Assembly: GCA_965197905.1 (NCBI GenBank)
Contig: CBDAOB010000002.1
Coordinates: forward strand, 399,595 to 463,594
Length of the DNA: 64,000 bases
Direction of reading: 5' to 3'
From: Candidatus Latescibacterota bacterium
GTDB taxonomy: Bacteria > Latescibacterota > UBA2968 > UBA8231
Below, one piece after another: positions 61,732 to 64,000 of the stretch (the stretch's first letter is position 1; each line of letters begins with the position of its first letter). The translations under genes and the position numbers were made by a program. Below the pieces are notes generated by a model that was given only the letters and a program-made list of their open reading frames with translations, did no database searches and had not been told where the DNA came from.

Positions 61732-62112
61732 ATGGCCGACCTGCTGGTCATAGATCCGAATCGAATGGTGCGCAGGGTGCTCGTGAGATCCCTGCAAGAA
61801 GGCGGGCACAGCGTTCGAGAAGCCAGTTCCTCAGAGGAGGCCCTGAAAGCAGCTGAACAGGAAAATACGGACATAGTTTTCATTGATCCGCACGAGGAAG
61901 AGACGAAGATACAATCCCTGACCAAGCTCCTAATTCATTATAAGTTGATAGGAATGATCGTCGTTACCGGGTTTGGGTTCACCAGCCAAACCGAAGCAAG
62001 CGTGCCAAGTCATGGAAGCATTCGTACCGTCCAAAAGCCGTTCAGCTCAGAGGAAATCATGGAACTCGTGGAAGAGCTGATGCGGCGAACCGGCGAGATG
62101 CCCATCCTGTAG
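61732..62112 (+). CDS. Single-domain response regulator (atypical receiver)
   Basis: LLVIDP, DIVFID, IVVTG, QKPFS; GGAGG RBS. Confidence 0.75.
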   Translation: MADLLVIDPNRMVRRVLVRSLQEGGHSVREASSSEEALKAAEQENTDIVFIDPHEEETKIQSLTKLLIHYKLIGMIVVTGFGFTSQTEASVPSHGSIRTVQKPFSSEEIMELVEELMRRTGEMPIL

Positions 62113-62732
62113 CATGAAAGAGAGCGAAAAGAGCCTTCGCTGATGCCTCGTCGCTTGGCGACGGCGCGCAGGTTCCATCCATTCCACATACGGAGTTTTT
62201 GCTTGGCACATGTCGATTTTGTCCGGTAGACGTTCCGCCGTAAGCGCGAGATTCTCTTTCTCCAGGGCCCAAACGCGAAACTTCCAAGGCAATATCACTT
62301 GTTCCCCCGTTCGTGTATTAAGGGAACATGTGCCTTAGGGATGTGTCTGCTAGGTTTGAATCTTTCAAGTTTTGCTCGTAGGCATGATTCCAGGAGAAAC
62401 CGCTCTTGGGGTTTCTTTTGATCAGCGTCGATCTTTGAAGAGAAGGCGACCAGCTCTCGTAGCCCCCGGACCCCTGCCAACAGAAGAACAGTGGGCCAGG
62501 GCCCTTTTGTCCGACGCAATGCCCTAGCCATTAGCATTACAAGGACTAATCTATTTTACACGAACAATCTTTCAAATTCGAGACGCTGTCCACGGTGATA
62601 CCCCTCCACCTGACCCAACAACGGTGCTGGGCTTGTGGAGGTGAGGCTTCGTTGGGCTAGTCCCGTCCTTGGGTGCAGCTTCCGCGACTACACATCTACG
62701 CCCGCCTGACGACGATACCTAGAGCTGAGGTT

Positions 62733-62897
62733 GGGGCACCAATTTACTCAAGGTTTCGGATGGGCGGTCGATTTCTGTAGATGGACGCAATGTCCAATCT
62801 TCTTGGGGCTCCCTGTCGAGTGCCGCACGGGTATTCGACAGGGATTTTTTTGGTGGGCGATTACTCGCTGCCCACCACGATCTTACCTCGTGCGCAG
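62733..62897. repeat. Copy C of the duplicated module, including the lipoprotein remnant CARGKIVVGSE*
   Basis: Aligns with 59041-59204; hairpin TCCCTGTCGAGTGCC/GGTATTCGACAGGGA followed by T7. Confidence 0.85.
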
Positions 62898-63026
62898 CTC
62901 GCGCGGCACGGCGCTTTAACGGTCAGTGACGAATGGAAGGGCGTCGGTTTGTGAATGCCTTCACTTTCCCAGTTAGCAAGCTCTTTGCCAATGACTATCT
63001 TCTTACGTTGAGCCCGCCACCACGCA

Positions 63027-63260
63027 GTGGAGGAAAGTTTGCCGGTCGCAGAGCATGTTCCCAACGAGTGTCCCAGGTGCGGTAGCAGCAGCCTGGGTTT
63101 TCGTGTCATGCCGGAAAAAGGGCACGCGCTCCTGTGGTGCCAGTGTCGATGGCAATGCAACTGGGTGCACAGTGTCCGATTGTCCCTTCCGGTGCTGGAC
63201 GATTTGCGAGGGAGGTTTAGCTCCGGGGCGCTCCCTTTCAAACAAGGGAGCTGCGATTAA
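63027..63260 (+). CDS. Small Cys-rich, zinc-ribbon-like hypothetical protein
   Basis: CPRCG...CQCRWQC. Confidence 0.35.
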   Translation: MEESLPVAEHVPNECPRCGSSSLGFRVMPEKGHALLWCQCRWQCNWVHSVRLSLPVLDDLRGRFSSGALPFKQGSCD

Positions 63261-63266
63261 CTGAAC

Positions 63267-63581
63267 ATGGCTCCGGCGGTAGGACTCGAACCTGTCGACA
63301 ACGAATCTACAAGTGCCGCACAATCCCGCACAAACACAGCACAAACCACGCATTCATTGGACTTCCGCGATTCCCAAAACTCCGTCCGACAGCAGAACTC
63401 CGCACAATCAAAGCACTCTCAGAGCACATTTCCGCAAAAAAAACGTGGGATATGCGTGGGAAAGAATTTGGCACTGGAGACGGTCGTCGAGGCATGGGAC
63501 CTACTGCCACCTGAAGTCCAAACGGAAATACTCAAGCTAGTTGACAAGTGGTTGGGTCAGGAGAAGCGCTGTGCATCGTGA
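63267..63581 (+). CDS. ORF starting within the tRNA scar; probable C-terminal tail of a split integrase
   Basis: MAPAVGLEP is antisense tRNA; ends with the helical hairpin LETVVEAWDLLPPEVQTEILKLV. Confidence 0.5.
   Translation: MAPAVGLEPVDNESTSAAQSRTNTAQTTHSLDFRDSQNSVRQQNSAQSKHSQSTFPQKKRGICVGKNLALETVVEAWDLLPPEVQTEILKLVDKWLGQEKRCAS
63268..63293 (-). other. tRNA 3' fragment (Asn-like), probable att scar
   Basis: Reverse complement AGGTTCGAGTCCTACCGCCGGAGCCA: T-loop, acceptor 3' strand, G73, CCA; no 5' half. Confidence 0.75.
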
Positions 63582-63599
63582 CCTGACATTAGTTCCGTC

Positions 63600-63835
63600 T
63601 AAGCCCTCGCGCCCGCTTCCTTCATCCGCTCGATTTCCCCGTGCCCTTTCGTACGTGCCCACGCCAGCGGGGTCGCCCACGGCAGATCGTCGGCCAGGTA
63701 GTCTTGGTGCCCCTTTCCAGCAAATAACTCCACCCGCCTCCTTTCGGCCCCATCTCGCCGCCCAACTGAGCGGAGTGGAGTGATACTCCTCGTCTTTCGT
63801 TGAGGTTCGCACCCGCTTCGACAAAGAGTCTCATC
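63600..63835 (-). pseudogene. Ankyrin-repeat protein C-terminal remnant with several frameshifts
   Basis: Across frames: FVEAGANLN, EEYHSTPLSWAARWGRKE, YLLERG, LPWATPLAWARTKGHGEI. Confidence 0.75.
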
Positions 63836-63923
63836 GTTTTTGGGTGCGGTTTGTAGACGCTAAAATCGGATCCGTGCTGAATACTGCCAATGGCGAGTCG
63901 ATGTAGGGTGTATAGCTGTGAAT

Positions 63924-63973
63924 TGGGGCCCAGCTCGGTGGGAATCGAACCTGCAGGCAACTGATTAAAAGTC
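63924..63973 (-). other. Degenerate tRNA-Lys(TTT)-like 3' half, probable old att scar
   Basis: Reverse complement GACTTTTAATCAGTTGCCTGCAGGTTCGATTCCCACCGAGCT; similarity ends 5' of the anticodon loop. Confidence 0.55.
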
Positions 63974-64000
63974 CTATTCAGGGATTTTCGCAACTTCCAG

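Larger units (their letters stand above)
56189..64000. mobile_element. Degraded integrative island(s) at the tRNA-Met 3' end; right boundary not visible
   Basis: Integrase abutting the tRNA, low coding density, gene fragments, duplications, tRNA-fragment scars. Confidence 0.7.

Noticed and set aside
62047..62537. Short minus-strand ORFs in the island
   Set aside because: No recognisable motif or convincing RBS; likely fragments or noise
57800..64000. Direct-repeat attR matching the tRNA-Met 3' end
   Set aside because: Not found by eye; the two tRNA fragments present are on the opposite strand and from other tRNAs

Overview
GC-rich bacterial chromosomal segment. SprA, a FlgD-Ig/T9SS-type C-terminal domain, LRR and ankyrin proteins suggest an FCB-associated lineage such as Latescibacterota; this taxonomy is inference. 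Core genes: pilN/pilM/comEA/sprA, lptFG, a stand-alone fliG, selA, a 7xLysM amidase, ATP-grasp-like/larE/def, tRNA-Asp, glnD-lon, hflX, tRNA-Leu/secG/tpiA/pgk/comF and an M16 peptidase. There are two sugar-nucleotide clusters. The one at 37.4-45.1 kb is visibly AT-richer and decaying, with a frameshift, two Gln-to-stop codons and a deletion fusion. From 56.1 kb to the end lies a degraded integrative island. Its large serine recombinase ORF ends inside the antisense of tRNA-Met and is preceded by an unlisted 59-aa ORF. The island also holds a triplicated lipoprotein/structured-RNA module, an XRE/C-protein-like regulator, receiver domains, two relic tRNA 3' fragments (att scars) and an ankyrin pseudogene. 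All calls come from motif recognition by eye; no searches were run.
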